A DNA stretch of 64,000 bases from Octopus vulgaris (Eukaryota), in assembly GCA_951406725.2 (NCBI GenBank), contig OX597817.1:79236001-79300000 (forward strand), given 5' to 3'. Made by a program: the position numbers and the translations under genes. Of this stretch, positions 39,788 to 53,290 are shown piece after piece. The notes under the pieces were generated by a model. The model did no database searches. It worked only from the letters and a program-made list of their open reading frames with translations, and was not told the origin of the DNA. Within the stretch, counting starts at the first letter, position 1. Every line of letters begins with the position of its first letter.

Positions 39788-40657
39788 TGTTTCTTTATCG
39801 GCCGCACAAGGCTGATCTTAGAAGGGACAAAATACAAAGTAGAGCTTTTCTTTTTGGGAAGGAAAGAAAAAAGGGGAAGCCGATCAGTCGGGATCGTGTA
39901 TCACAGAAATATCATAGTGTAAAATGGGAAACAGATTAAGTTTACCCTTGGAAAGAAAAGCCTACGGAAAAGACCACGATAACCTCGGGCAATAATGTCA
40001 TGCAAACAACACATTACAGTAAGTGACTCTCTTTTTTACCTTTCTTTTTCTGGTTCATAGGATTATGCACAAGGTAGCTCCGTCATTCACATGTGCCATC
40101 GTTGCTACATTCACCCATCTTTTTTTGAAACATTCACGAGACAACTTCCTTCTCTACTCTCTCACCTTCCTTTTCAAGTGATACTTGAAGAAGTTGATGA
40201 GAGATTCACCAGAAAGGAAAGTATTTGTCTCTAGACCTTTCAGACGCATCCACCATACACAGTCTTTCGCCATATCCACAAGTACAATGAAAATGGCTCT
40301 TCCTTCCCGTTTCAAGGAAGGAGGCGCGACGATATTCACGATAGACTCCGTTGATATACTGACTCGTCCGACACGCGATAGCAGTGGTTCGACATAGGCC
40401 CACAGGTCGGAAATGGCTGGACACTGTATGAGTGCGTACAGAACGGTTTCGTCGCTCTGACCGTTTGTCGGGCAGATCGGTCCCGTGATTCTCGAGCCAT
40501 GTCTGTAGAGCTTATCACGAACGGGTAGCGCTTCTCGATAGCACTGCCAGGCCAGGGATCTCTGGAAGTTGTCCATAGGGCCCGGCCCGAAACTCGTCTT
40601 GAACAGGCGGGTTAGGTATTCCTCGTGACGCCCAGGTTCGCCCCGAGATCGTCGGGC
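39788..40657 (-). mobile_element. Tx1/L1-clade LINE 3' fragment in (GATA)n
   Basis: zf-RVT-like SLAWQCYREALPVRDKL..CP..ETVLYALIQC. GATA repeats at both ends. Confidence 0.8.
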
Positions 40658-40711
40658 AGATAGATAGATAGATGGATGGATGGATCCACATATATAAATA
40701 TATATATATAA

Positions 40712-40763
<52 letters not shown>

Positions 40764-41074
40764 ATATAATGTGTGTGCGTGTATGAAACCTATATAGATA
40801 TCGATATCAATGAAAAAATACATTCCATGGTGTTTATATATACATTTAGATGATATATCAGTTTGTCACAAAATGAATATATACATTTAGAAATATAGAG
40901 GGCATTTATAATTTACATGTTTGAACAAAGGAACAGCTGTCCATTTGTTTTACAAATATGCATGGAACGCATTTCCTAATGATAGATTGGTGATATTTTA
41001 CATGCACACATACACACTCACACACACACACGCACTCACATGCGCATGCATGCACGCACACACATACACGCGCA

Positions 41075-41127
<53 letters not shown>

Positions 41128-41368
41128 ACAAATATATAATATACATTGAATACATGTATTAACAATGTGTTTCAGAAATCTTGACTATTTTGCTCTCTGT
41201 GTAGGTATGCATATTGTATGTGGGAATATAAACATCTATTTATACATACACGTATATATATATATATATATATACACTTGCCGAAGGTGCCACGCAGTGG
41301 GACTGAACCTAGGAGTATGTTGTTGGAAAGTAAGCTTATCTATATAGATAGATATACACGCACATATA

Positions 41369-41406
<38 letters not shown>

Positions 41407-41411
41407 CATAT

Positions 41412-41490
<79 letters not shown>

Positions 41491-43274
41491 AAGACTAAAT
41501 GTGTTTATCTGCATTACTAATTCCATATTAGCCGTTCTTGACACTGTAGTGAGATGGTGAAACATTTTAAAATAATAATGTGGAACTTTTATTTTAATTT
41601 TTGTTTATGGTTATCCTTTGAATTTCTTTTTTTTAGAAAATGTCAATCTGTGGTACAAACTGAAAACAGGGGATCATGTTAATCCATTACCGGGATGGCT
41701 TGAAATTCATGCGTAAATTCTCATCAGCTTAAAAGACTCCTGATAAACATTTTACGGAAAACAGTGCACAGGAAAATACAGTGAGTTAACAATACAGCAA
41801 TGTAGGCTAGCAAGTTAAACAGATGACTTGGACCTCCAACCATAGGGAATAATAACGATCTCGTTTAATTATGTATTTTGTTAGTATTTGTACTTAGGTA
41901 AGAGGAAATAGAGGACTTTATTAAAGAAATATAAATGGTAATACAAAATTGAACATATTGATAAAATTTAAAATATTCTGAAGCCTTAAATCACCAAAAT
42001 ATCATATATCATTAATACATTTGCAGCTGTAGCCATAACATATGGCTTTTCAGAATTAGACTAGAATATGGTAAAGCAGACACTATAGAGTGTAATACAA
42101 GGAATTTTCTCAAAATATCATCATATACGATGCAATAAATCTGACATATAATGATTGTGCATTCCGAATAGTTAAAGTGGCAGGGGAATATTGAGTGTCA
42201 GGAAACAGTTTATGGAGGCAGTTATCATTGATACTCACTATCATTCCAGTTTACTCTCGTATTGTGTAACCTTTATTGACTTCGATTGTATGGAAGTGAA
42301 TAAACCGAATTGAAAGTCTCTTCAGCAGAAAAATTCTACCAAGAGATTGGATTGGGTTTCATCGAAATAAAATTTTAAACTTCGATCAGCTTATCCAGAA
42401 TTGGATACATGGATGTCATATCATAGAAGAATGAGTGTAAAAATACGCCTTTACATGGCAATTCTTTCTTGGAATCGTATTCCTATAACGTAAATAAAAT
42501 ACTAACTTTCACATGGATGAACAAATCATTTACCATAGAGATAGAGTCTATCATTTCAGATCAGATTGACAACAATATTGATAAATACAACAATATAGAT
42601 GACAAGATGACAAAAGCTCCCACGGCGACTAACATAGATAACATCATCCAAATCCAGTCTTTAACGCGATGTGTCACATTATCTCTCACAAAATCTACTT
42701 AGAACCATAACAGTGCAAAATGACTCTATGCGTTCCAGGCTCCAAGACTTCATTTCTTTAAATCAAAGATTTCATGGTACTCATATATATATATGAATTT
42801 TCATCTTTTTCAGAACGTGACAATGCAAAGATCACATGGATCATTAGCCCCCAAATAGGTCACGAGATATTTATTACCCACACAATGAATCTGTCATGAC
42901 TTAGTATGACAAAGGACAATGAAGTTTTGAGAATTGTCAAAGCAATATCGATGTACTACAGGGTGTGACAAAAAGCCCCTCGTATTTTATATCACCTTTG
43001 ACGTGGCACTATAGTTAAGTTAGACAGGAAATGATGGTGACTTCATGTAGCTAAGGTCCGTTTGTTGTTGAAAGGTTTATCAAATGTGGCGAATTTAATT
43101 TTTTTTTTTGCCGTATCCTTTGCAGACAGCCAAGCATCTCTCATGCCGTACTTAATGTGATTTCTGTTGATTGCTGTCATTGCTGCTGCTACTCTTGAAG
43201 TCGTGGCTGCAGTGCTTGAAGTCTTTGCTGCTGTTGTTGTTACTATTGTTTTTGTTATTGTTGTTGTTTTGTTG

Positions 43275-43374
<100 letters not shown>

Positions 43375-44899
43375 CATTATTTCTACTGACATTGTTACTG
43401 CTGTTTCTGTTGTTGACTTTGTTATTGTTGCTGTTGTTGTTCCTAAGATGGAATAATTTTTCTTGTTGTTGCTGTGTTTGCTGATGTTTTTTAGCTACAT
43501 GTCAATCTGAATGAAATTCATATATACTCAAAGTCATCATAGCCTTGGCATTCATAGGTCAAATATTCTTTTATGCTGGAGAGCAAAGTGTGCTACTATG
43601 GAGAGATTTGGTTGCTTTTCTAAAGAGATATAACAACCATGTAGAGGCACTTACTGCTGGTTCTTCATATTTCTTGATCTAGCCATTCTTTTTTTGTCTA
43701 GAAATATTCATCGTTTTTTTCTGTCCAGGAGTATTAAAATTTCTAACTCTGCCAAGAAATACCCAAATGTCTATCTCTGTACAGGAATATTCAAACATCT
43801 ATCTTTCTATGAGTACTCAACTGTGTGGAATGGGCTGCAGACGACAGACAACTAGAAACAGAGCTTCATAGAATGAATTCAGTGGAGAAATGCTATGAAA
43901 ATTGAAAAGTTGGGGAAAATTGAACTAAAGTATCTTGAAAAGCGAAATATTAATTACAAAAATAATTATCATGTTAAATACAGAAATAGTGAGAGGAGAC
44001 TTAAACCAACCACACAGAGATTAGCAAATAGGAAAAACATTTGAGAAAGGAATGTTAAAGACGCATTTGATTAATAATTAGAACTAAGTTAAATGCCAAC
44101 AATAACTTAATAATTATCAATGCTCTTGCTGTTCCAGTTGCAAGTAATAGTTATAATATTTTCATAAGCTTTGTGCTTTAGCAAGACTAATGGGGGAAAC
44201 AACAACAGTAAAGATTTTATTTTGAATACAACATCGAAACGCTGATAAAAATACAAATACAGCTAATAGAGAGTTGTTTGCATTATGTGCAAACAGGAAA
44301 TTGTGATAAAATTATTATTAAATATTTGTTGTAAATTTACAAAGATATCTGTTAAAGAATGAATGAAAACCAATGTAAATGTCTAAACAAACAAAGCAAA
44401 ACCGATTTTTCAGCGCATTTAAAGCAGAGGCAAGGTTACATATACGTGAAGAGATTCAAGAAATAGCAACACAAACTATTTAGAAAAGTAAAATGTTCAA
44501 ATTTGTTCAAAATGATCAAATTTATGTTCAAATTTGTAGATACCTAGGATACATATCCAGTCATTTTTGCAGAAGTATCATCTTATCCAAGCATGACCGA
44601 CTGAGGATGATGCTTGGAATATGCACCTCTTAATAACCTTCCTTGTTTCTTACACAGATTAAGCCAACTCAGTTCGATAGCACTAATGTAAATCATAGTG
44701 AAGCATTATAGCATTATGTAACAATTCATAATCATCCTAAAATCCCACGCTAGTTATGGTAGCAAATATTAAATTTAAGCTCGTTGTTTTAGTGTCTGAA
44801 AATATGAAAACTTTATAAACACATCGTCAAAAGGGAGGAGACATTTTCCGATGACGAACAATGAACAATTGTCAAATATTCACATTTGAAATTACTATC

Positions 44900-45436
44900 T
44901 CATAGGAGATAAAACAATGAACAAAATTTTAGGTTCGCACAAAATTATCAAGAGCAAAATACAACCGAAAACATTTAAGAAAATATTAACCAACGCAAGA
45001 CTATATCCAATAATAACGAAACCTAAAGTGAAAAAATGCGGTCGGCTTAACCGTGGCACATGCTCCCACCTTTTGCAGGGTACAGAGTTCCACTTTAAAC
45101 AAAGTGAAATATTTAAGACTAAATCAAATTTCACCTGTGCTTCGGAAAACTTTATCTATACCATTACCTGCTTAGGGTGCAGTAATCAATATATTGGCCA
45201 AACAGGAATATCACTCCGACGAAGAACCACTACTCACAAAGAAAAAAATTCCGCCACCCACAATACAGATAGATACAGGTCAGTGAACACATAGAAAGGT
45301 GTGCTAGGAACCTCAATCCTAATTTCCTAATTTTCCCCTTCTATCAATGTTCACAGAACACCTCAGTACAGCAAAGAATGAATAAAGAGGCAACTTTCAT
45401 CAGTATTTATCATCCACAACTTAACATGAGCACATA
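44900..45436 (+). pseudogene. Penelope-like element GIY-YIG endonuclease, frameshifted
   Basis: KKCGRLNRGTC linker and FTCASENFIYTITCLGCSNQYIGQTGISLRRR..H. After a frameshift: VSEH..QRMNKEATFI..PQLN, then stop. Confidence 0.9.
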
Positions 45437-45870
45437 ACATAATACAGAACACTACTAACCTTACCAATAATACCCCTAACTCCCATACATCCCATACAGC
45501 ATTCATATTACAGTATTAGATCTACCATAATTGCGCCACGTCCAGAACTACTTACCTCCCTTACACATAATCTCTTTACTCAGGGACTAGTAAAGCCGAC
45601 ACCGTTTGGAAATCGGTACTCATTCAAAGCCAGTGAACAGCGTTTGACGATGCCGGTATGACTTTGAATCTCTTTAACAATTCAAAATAATGACTTTTAT
45701 TTTTCTTAATTCTACCTTAGTTCTTCTAATTGTATATATTTATCGTTACTTTTCATTAAAAAAATACTTTATTTTTTGATATCCAATATGCATTTTCGCT
45801 TTTTTTCTTCTTACTTTTCCCATATCTTTTCCACGTTTAGTTTCTATTTTCTTTTTGAATACATTACACA

Positions 45871-45931
<61 letters not shown>

Positions 45932-45941
45932 CAGCATATTA

Positions 45942-46314
45942 TCTATATATATATATAAACGGCAAAATGTGTGTGTGTGTGTGTGCGTGTCCTTTAAACA
46001 AATCCACAATTTTTCAGTTAGAGCGCTCGTACTTTCTATGGTCATTCAAAACAGTCAAAGGGTGGTCGTGCACATCTTTACATTTCCCAAGTCACCCCGC
46101 AAAGCAATTAAAAAGTCAATAGAATTGACTTTTAGGTGAATTTTCTATCCCAAACCCGATCAAAATGCCCGAAACTTGATACGCCAATTGAATGCCAGCT
46201 AGCTGTATGTGATTGGTCGGAGATTTGGACAGTACTCGCGTGTATGTGTGCACAAACGCAGCTGTACATGCATGCACTAGCACTAATCCCGGCAACGCCG
46301 GGTCATAGTGCTGG
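45942..46314 (+). mobile_element. Non-autonomous Helitron
   Basis: A|TC 5' end, hairpin cccggc-aac-gccggg at 46288-46302, CTGG|T 3' end. Confidence 0.8.
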
Positions 46315-47011
46315 TTAATACTAAAAATTATGTGAAAGAATATATACCGTTTAACAGTATTAAAACATAATTTTAATGTCGAACAGAAGGGGTATTTTCT
46401 GTAAGTCCTAAACACGTGACCTTACAATATAGTTTCTTTAAAAAATAAAGTAACATAAATGTTTTAATTAACAATAGGTGCACAAGACAGCATTGGAACT
46501 ATATGCGAGTACAATTATATTAAACACATTCAGTTTCAATGATTGTACACGCTTATATTTCATTCAGCACTCCTTCACTCACCACCAATTAATTAATTAT
46601 AGTTCAATTTTGTGAACATCAACAGATGTACAATTTGCTGTTTTTATATATAAGAACATCCGTTCTTACAAGGCTGAGAAAAACTGCTTTCGAATTCGTT
46701 TTTGATTAAAGTATTGATGAAGTGTAACAACGCAGAAGTGCATAGGTCCTACGATCCACTACTTTATTCTCGCCCAACAATGTTTTTTGAAGTATCGCGT
46801 CTGGGAGGAGAATATTCTCCTGAAACTATTTCCATAACGAAAAGACCGAATGTACTCAAACGTGCTAAATGTGATTGCACCTAAATATATAAATATTTTA
46901 AAAACACTTTTAAGCAATGCACATGAGATTTTAGGCAAAATATCTTTGATGACTTTAATAAATTTCAAATATAGAGAAGATATTGCATTGCCTTACATAA
47001 GTGGTTTAATA

Positions 47012-47200
47012 TTTACCCTGCGCGCGGAAGCAAAAGCAGGGTATTATAGTTACTCGTCTTAGTCTGTTCGTCTGTGTGTTTGCAAAATTACTGGAAAACA
47101 GCTGAGCGGATTTTCACCAAATTTGGTAGAAATATTCATTGGGTGAGTGGCTTGAACCCATTATTTTGGTTTGATTGTCTTCAAAACGAGCGGACGGATG
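47012..47200 (+). mobile_element. Helentron-associated (HINE/DINE-like) 5' end
   Basis: ttt-accctgc...gcagggta short inverted repeat, GTCT-like repeat, and ggattttcaccaaatttggtag. Confidence 0.55.
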
Positions 47201-48229
47201 AATGAAAATGATTTTTTCTTTGTTACATATGCATAAACGATAAGCAAGGGAAATAACTCCTGATGTCATTTTGCTGAAATATGAATTCGTCTGAGAATAT
47301 ATTTATTAGATTAAATTTTATTTTATCCCTGTGTATGCTTAGGTTGTGCATCGCCCCTCCCGTGCCTTTTCCCCCCTTTTATTATATTTCAGATGGCAGG
47401 AGAGCAAATTATTTCTTGAACACATTCAGCTACTGTCTTTAGTTTACCAAGAATATTTCGATCTATAATTTAGATAACTTAGAAAGGTTTTAACTATTAT
47501 TTTCTTCAAGTGAGTGCATAACAATTCAACCCTCACCCCCTCGGTGGAAGAACCATATGGTTGACGCAATTGAAATGTGAGTGCAAGACAAGAAGGGACG
47601 AAACCAAATACTATAAGGCATTTGATCTGATAGTTGGATATTTCCCATTACTTACCCTACTTTCTGTATATATGCAATCATACAATCATACAATCAAACA
47701 TTCATAGATAGACAAATACGTACACACACACACACACACACATGCACGCATACACACATATATGTATGTATATATAAACGTGTGTGTTTGGGCAGGTGAG
47801 AATGTGTGAATTTGTGTTCAAAAGTATATATTTATACTTCTGTATCTATTTGTGTATTTATGTCTCTGTAAGCGTGCATTTTTCTACATTTATTTATCCT
47901 GGCATCTTGGCAGTATACTATTTTAATAGATTTAAAAAGAGTTCAATTTATTTTCTTTCTTTCTTCCCTTTTTATAATTTTTGTTCTCTTTTGCTGGCCT
48001 GGACATGACCTTACTATATATTCCTATTCTTATATGTCTGGTATTTATACTGGCGATAAATTAAATTACATTATCTGTTTATTAGGTGTTATTTAGATTT
48101 ATCAGTACAGAACAGTATCCCTAACAAACCCTGTAGGATATAATTAGTTTACGATGTGTCTGGTCAGCATTCTTCTATTTAAAAGAAAATAGAAAGCACT
48201 TGCTTATGTAAGAAACCATTCTGAAGTGC

Positions 48230-48760
48230 GGTATGAATGCTTGTAATGTATTATTTGTATGTTTGCATACTAACATGTTAATTTTGTAGTTTGAGCATGC
48301 TAAAATGCAAATAAGTGCATGTTCAAATGGTAAGATATAAACATTTGTAAGTTTACATACTACTGTGTAAATATCTGTATGCTTACATGCTAACATAAAT
48401 ATCTGTATTTTTGCATGCTAATATATAAATATGCTTATATGTCCATGTTAATATGTAAATTTCTATAAGCTTACATGCCAACAAATAAATATCTGTATGT
48501 TTGCATGCTAACATGTAAATTTGTGTATGCTTAGATGTTAACATGCAAATTTGTGTATGATTATGCACTAACATGCTAGCATGTAAACACCAGTATATTT
48601 ACAGGTTAACATCTAAATATATGTATGGTTATATACTACTGTAAATATACGAAGTTTACATAGCATGTATTTTTGAGTAAGTTTACATGCTGACATGTAA
48701 ATATATGTATCCTTGCATGCTAACGTAAATATTTCTATGTTTACATGCTAACATGTATAT
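48230..48760. repeat. Diverged minisatellite, unit about 31 bp
   Basis: Recurring catgctaacatgtaaatatctgtatgttt. Confidence 0.85.
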
Positions 48761-49452
48761 ATATGGGTGTCATATTGAAGTAATTTTTATAGCCAAGGTG
48801 GGATAAGTCTTCAAAAAACACACTAGTCATTCATTCTGCTGGAAATAGCAAGTAGGAACCTGTAATCTTCCTGTAATCATACATAACCTACAATCTTCAA
48901 AATGTAATTAAAAAGAAAGGAGTGGTATACCGGATCACGCAGTCGTAAATACCATGTTCCAGAGCTGAAACAAATATGGAATGACCATGCTTGAGACACA
49001 ATGAAAGCTCGTGTTGGTAAAGATTGACCTAATATAAACAACAAAAGCAACACCATCAACGAATGCAGAGGGCTACCATTGTACCGAAGCTATCATTTAA
49101 TTGCATTTTAGAGGCATTACTTGGGAGAAATGTAAATTGGTTATGTCATAAAAATTTAGAAACATCGAGAGAAAAGAAATGATGCGCTTTTCACGTTGAA
49201 TGCGAAGTAGAAAAAGCTATAAATAATAGGGTGCACCCTATTATTTATAGCTATAAATAATAACGTTTATAGCAGATGTTGATTCGAGTCCCACGAGTAG
49301 ACTTCAACCTTTCTATTCAAAGTGTTTTTAACGCGATATCTGCTCGCTATTATTTATAGAGTCATCTACTTCGAGTTCTACTGTTAAAAATTAATAACAT
49401 AAACATGCATACACACTTGTGCACTCACACATACACACAAACAGGTATATGC

Positions 49453-49486
<34 letters not shown>

Positions 49487-49831
49487 AAAAAAGCTGAAAA
49501 GCATGAATTTTACATATTCTCCATATGTTGTGATCAACAGCTGTTTCATTAAGATAAACATCATCAAATGTATAATTATATAATTGAGATATATAATTCA
49601 TTTAAATTAAAGCAACTTGTTGGGGTTTAACATTCTGCTAGTAACTGAGCCTTTAGTTATTCTGGATTTATCTTTGATGTTTATACATCAAATTTCAATC
49701 TGTATATTTAAGTATGCATGTATACTCATTTCATTGATTCTTATTCTACTTAAACGTTTCATTAGTCATAGAAATGCCAAAAATATTTATGATTTTACGT
49801 AAGCAAACATACATACACATACGAGTGAGTT

Positions 49832-49920
<89 letters not shown>

Positions 49921-50515
49921 CATAATGCTACATGACAGAGTTGGGACCTACATACACTGGAAGCTATGCCAACATTATGGAATAACAACAGAAAAATTGA
50001 TGGTACAGGCACACACCAGAAAAGGTCACAGAAAATGAGAAAGCAACCATACTCTGGGATATGCCGATACACACAGATAGAGAAATTAAGGCCAACAGAC
50101 CAGATATAGTTGTCAGAGATCATGAAGAAAAAAATGCTTTCTAATTGATGTATCAATACCAGCAGATGACAACGTGTCTCTAAAAGAAATGGAGAAACTT
50201 TCAAAATACAAAGACCTGGAAATAGAGGTAACCAGAATGTGGAATCTAAAAACAGAAACAATTTCTATCATAGTAGGTGCATTAGGCATGATAAAAAAAT
50301 ATTCAGACAAATACATAACAAAAACACCAGGACTTACAAACACATATAACATACAGAAAATTGCACTACTAGGCACTGCACACATCCTACGCAGAATACT
50401 TTCCATACAGTAGCCATCAGAGCATCACAACAAATCACAGCACATACCAAGGCACACAGAGCTGCGCTCGGTAGTGAAGTGAAAGCATGCTATAAAAATA
50501 AAACTACTGAAGAAC
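49921..50515 (+). mobile_element. R4/Dong-like LINE 3' fragment inserted in (TAA)n
   Basis: TILWDMPIHTDREIKANRPDIV and KYKDLEIE..IIVGALG..QKIALLGTAHILRR. (TAA)n on both sides. Confidence 0.9.
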
Positions 50516-50549
<34 letters not shown>

Positions 50550-50561
50550 TATGTGTATATG

Positions 50562-50912
50562 GTGTAACGGCCCAGTGGTTAGGGCAGCGAACTCGCGGTC
50601 ATAGTATCGTGGTTTCGATTCCCAGACCGGGCGTTGTGAGCGAAAACACCTAAAGCTCCATGAGGCTCCAGCAAGAGGTGGTGGCAAACCCTGCTGTAGT
50701 CTTTCACCACAACTTTCTCTCACTCTTTCTTCCTGTTTCTGTTATACCTGTATTTCAAAAGGCCAGCCTTGTCACACTCAACGTCACGCTGAACCTCCCT
50801 GAGAACTACGTTAAGGGTACACGTGCTCAGCCACTTCGACGTTAATTTCACGAACAGGCTGTTCTGTTGATTGGATTAACTGGAACCTTCGTCGTCGTAA
50901 CCAATAGATTGC
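50562..50912 (+). mobile_element. tRNA-derived SINE (family C)
   Basis: ggcccagtggttagggc A box and ggtttcgattccc B box. Tail shared with 56130-56250. Confidence 0.8.
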
Positions 50913-51113
50913 CACGGTATATATACATATGTATATTTGAAAATCTATGAGAGTAAAGGTTAACTGGAATTCTTCAATAAGATAAGTTATGATTTTATTC
51001 TTCATTAATATTATATTTTATTCGATTATTTAGCGTTAAGATAAGTATATTTCTATATTTATTTGCTAGTTATTATATGTTAAGATAGATACATTTATTT
51101 TATTATTATTTTA

Positions 51114-51211
51114 GACCTGAAGAGTGGCTAAATTTTTAAATCGAATTCATTTTAATACTATCGATTTTATTATTATCGATTTAAAGATATACTCACGAAA
51201 CGCTCGTAGTC
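51114..51211 (+). ncRNA. Type I hammerhead ribozyme motif with intact core and extended stem II
   Basis: GAC-CTGAAGA-GTG..[13-bp atttttaaatcga/tcgatttaaagat]..CAC-GAAAC-GCTC-GTA-GTC. Stem I is short. Confidence 0.7.
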
Positions 51212-51356
51212 AATTTAATGTTTATTTAATTTAGTGATTTTTTGAATAATATTTATGCTATTATAGTATATCTAAATTTTTTTCTATATAATATAGATAA
51301 TGTCTTTCATTATAGAATTACTTAATAGGGGTTATTTCTCTTAATTATATACATAG

Positions 51357-51389
<33 letters not shown>

Positions 51390-51411
51390 TATATATATAT
51401 ATATATATATA

Positions 51412-51722
51412 TCACGTGATCACGTGATATATCACGTGACCGACCAGACAATCAGATGTTGCTACACATCGCTGGTCACAATGCGTTCGCACTGTTTTTT
51501 AGCCTTCGAATGACGCCACCCCGCCGGCTAAGCGAGCAGGCCAACAGAAGAAAGAGTGGGAGAAACAGTGGTGAAAGAGTACAGCAGGGATCACCCCCCC
51601 CTGCCGGAGCCTCGTGGAGCTTTTTAGGTGTTTTTGCTCATTAAACACACACAACGCCCGGTCTGGGAATCGAAACCGCGATCCTGCGACCGCGAATCCG
51701 CTGCCCTAACCACTGGGCCATT
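51412..51722 (-). mobile_element. Family C SINE variant
   Basis: Head is the reverse complement of 50562-50720. The tail differs and ends in tcacgtga repeats. Confidence 0.8.
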
Positions 51723-51903
51723 GCAATCCCCAATATCAGCAGCGGAGCCCGACAGCATATGCTGGTTTACCCCCACAGCATCATGCTGATTCTGTACCCC
51801 TTTGAGCAACATAAAATTCATTCATCCATCCACAAACACTCTCCAAGCTTTCCTATCATTTATAAACTCTCTTGCCTCTCTCACACCAACACCTCTAACA
51901 ACA

Positions 51904-51937
<34 letters not shown>

Positions 51938-51944
51938 TATGTCT

Positions 51945-52175
51945 TTAAAATATGTCTTTAAAATGAAACTGGATCTCTTCTTGTCAGGTATCCCAAATGA
52001 ACCAACTTCACGGCAGGAGGTGCAGATGAGGGCAGTTGCATCGAACTGTCTCATGCACCAAATGGCAATTGCTAAAAAGCATTCGTGAAGTAAAATCATG
52101 TAGCAACACCAAATGGTGGTGCCCCAGCATGGCCACAGCTTGTGAGCTGAAACTAAATAAAAATAAAAAATAAAT
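51945..52175 (+). mobile_element. LINE 3' end (CR1/L2-group-like) sharing its tail with family A SINE
   Basis: FKMKLDLFLSGIPNEP..AVASN C-terminus, then ggtgccccagcatggccacagc..gctgaaac tail. Confidence 0.65.
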
Positions 52176-52294
<119 letters not shown>

Positions 52295-52307
52295 TTATAT
52301 ACATATA

Positions 52308-52612
52308 TGGAGTGGCTGTGTGGTAAGAAGCTTGCTTACCAACCACATGATTCCGAGTTCAGTCCCGATCCGTGGCGCCTTGGGCAAGTGTCTTCTACTA
52401 TAGCCTCGGGCCAACCAAATCCTTGTGAGTGGATTTGGTAGATGGAAACTGAAAGAATCCTGTCGTATCTATATATATGTGCGTGTGTGTGTATATGTAT
52501 GTGTGTCTGTTTGTCTCCCACCACCACCACCATCGCTTGACAATCAATGTTGGTGTGTTTATGTCCCCGTAACTTAACAGTTCAGCAAAACAGACCGATA
52601 GAACTATAGGCT
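52308..52612 (+). mobile_element. Family A SINE, 3'-truncated
   Basis: ggagtggctgtgtggtaagaag head through gaccgatagaa. Confidence 0.85.
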
Positions 52613-53079
52613 TATATATATATACACCTGAACAGGTGTATATATCATTAGAACATATCAAAACTTAATGGTTGATGTTGTTGTTGCCATTGTTGTTGTT
52701 TAGCTCCAGTTAGCTCTAATCAAGTTAGCATGTCATTAAAAGTAATCCAGCTGTGACCATCTCATCTTTCATTGAGTATCAAATACTACTTTACTGAATG
52801 TGACCTTTATTATGACCTTCGAGTCTGTCCTGATTGAAGTTTCGCTGCATATGAATGCACAAGCACAAGAGTGGCTGTGTGGTTATGAGATCTGCTTCAC
52901 AACCACATGGTTTTGGTTTCAGTCCCACATCAGGAGATAGTGGACAAATGTCTTCTACTATAGTTCCGGGGCCAAACAAAACCTTCTGTGATAGTTGTAA
53001 ATGAATATCACTGTCATATACGGTATCCTTCATTTGCAATAGTCTGTGAAAGCGTGTTTAGCTATGGGAAAATATTACA

Positions 53080-53096
53080 CAGACACACAAACATAT

Positions 53097-53151
<55 letters not shown>

Positions 53152-53290
53152 TACGACGGGCTTCTTTCACAAGGCTTTGGTCAGCTCGAGGCTATAGAAG
53201 AAGACACTTGCCCAAGGTGCCACGCAGTGGGAATGAACCCGGAACCATGTGGTTAGTAAGCAAGCTACTTACCACACAGCCACTCCTGCA
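53080..53290 (-). mobile_element. Family A SINE 5' half, facing a diverged plus-strand head at 52865-52995
   Basis: gaagacacttgcccaaggtgccacgcagtggg...ccactcctgc. Confidence 0.8.

Noticed and set aside
48230-48760. Regularly spaced repeats resembling a CRISPR array
   Set aside because: Contiguous degenerate tandem units without unique spacers, in a eukaryotic context.
50562-50640. tRNA-like sequences at SINE heads
   Set aside because: No complete cloverleaf, and they continue into SINE bodies, so they are not tRNA genes.
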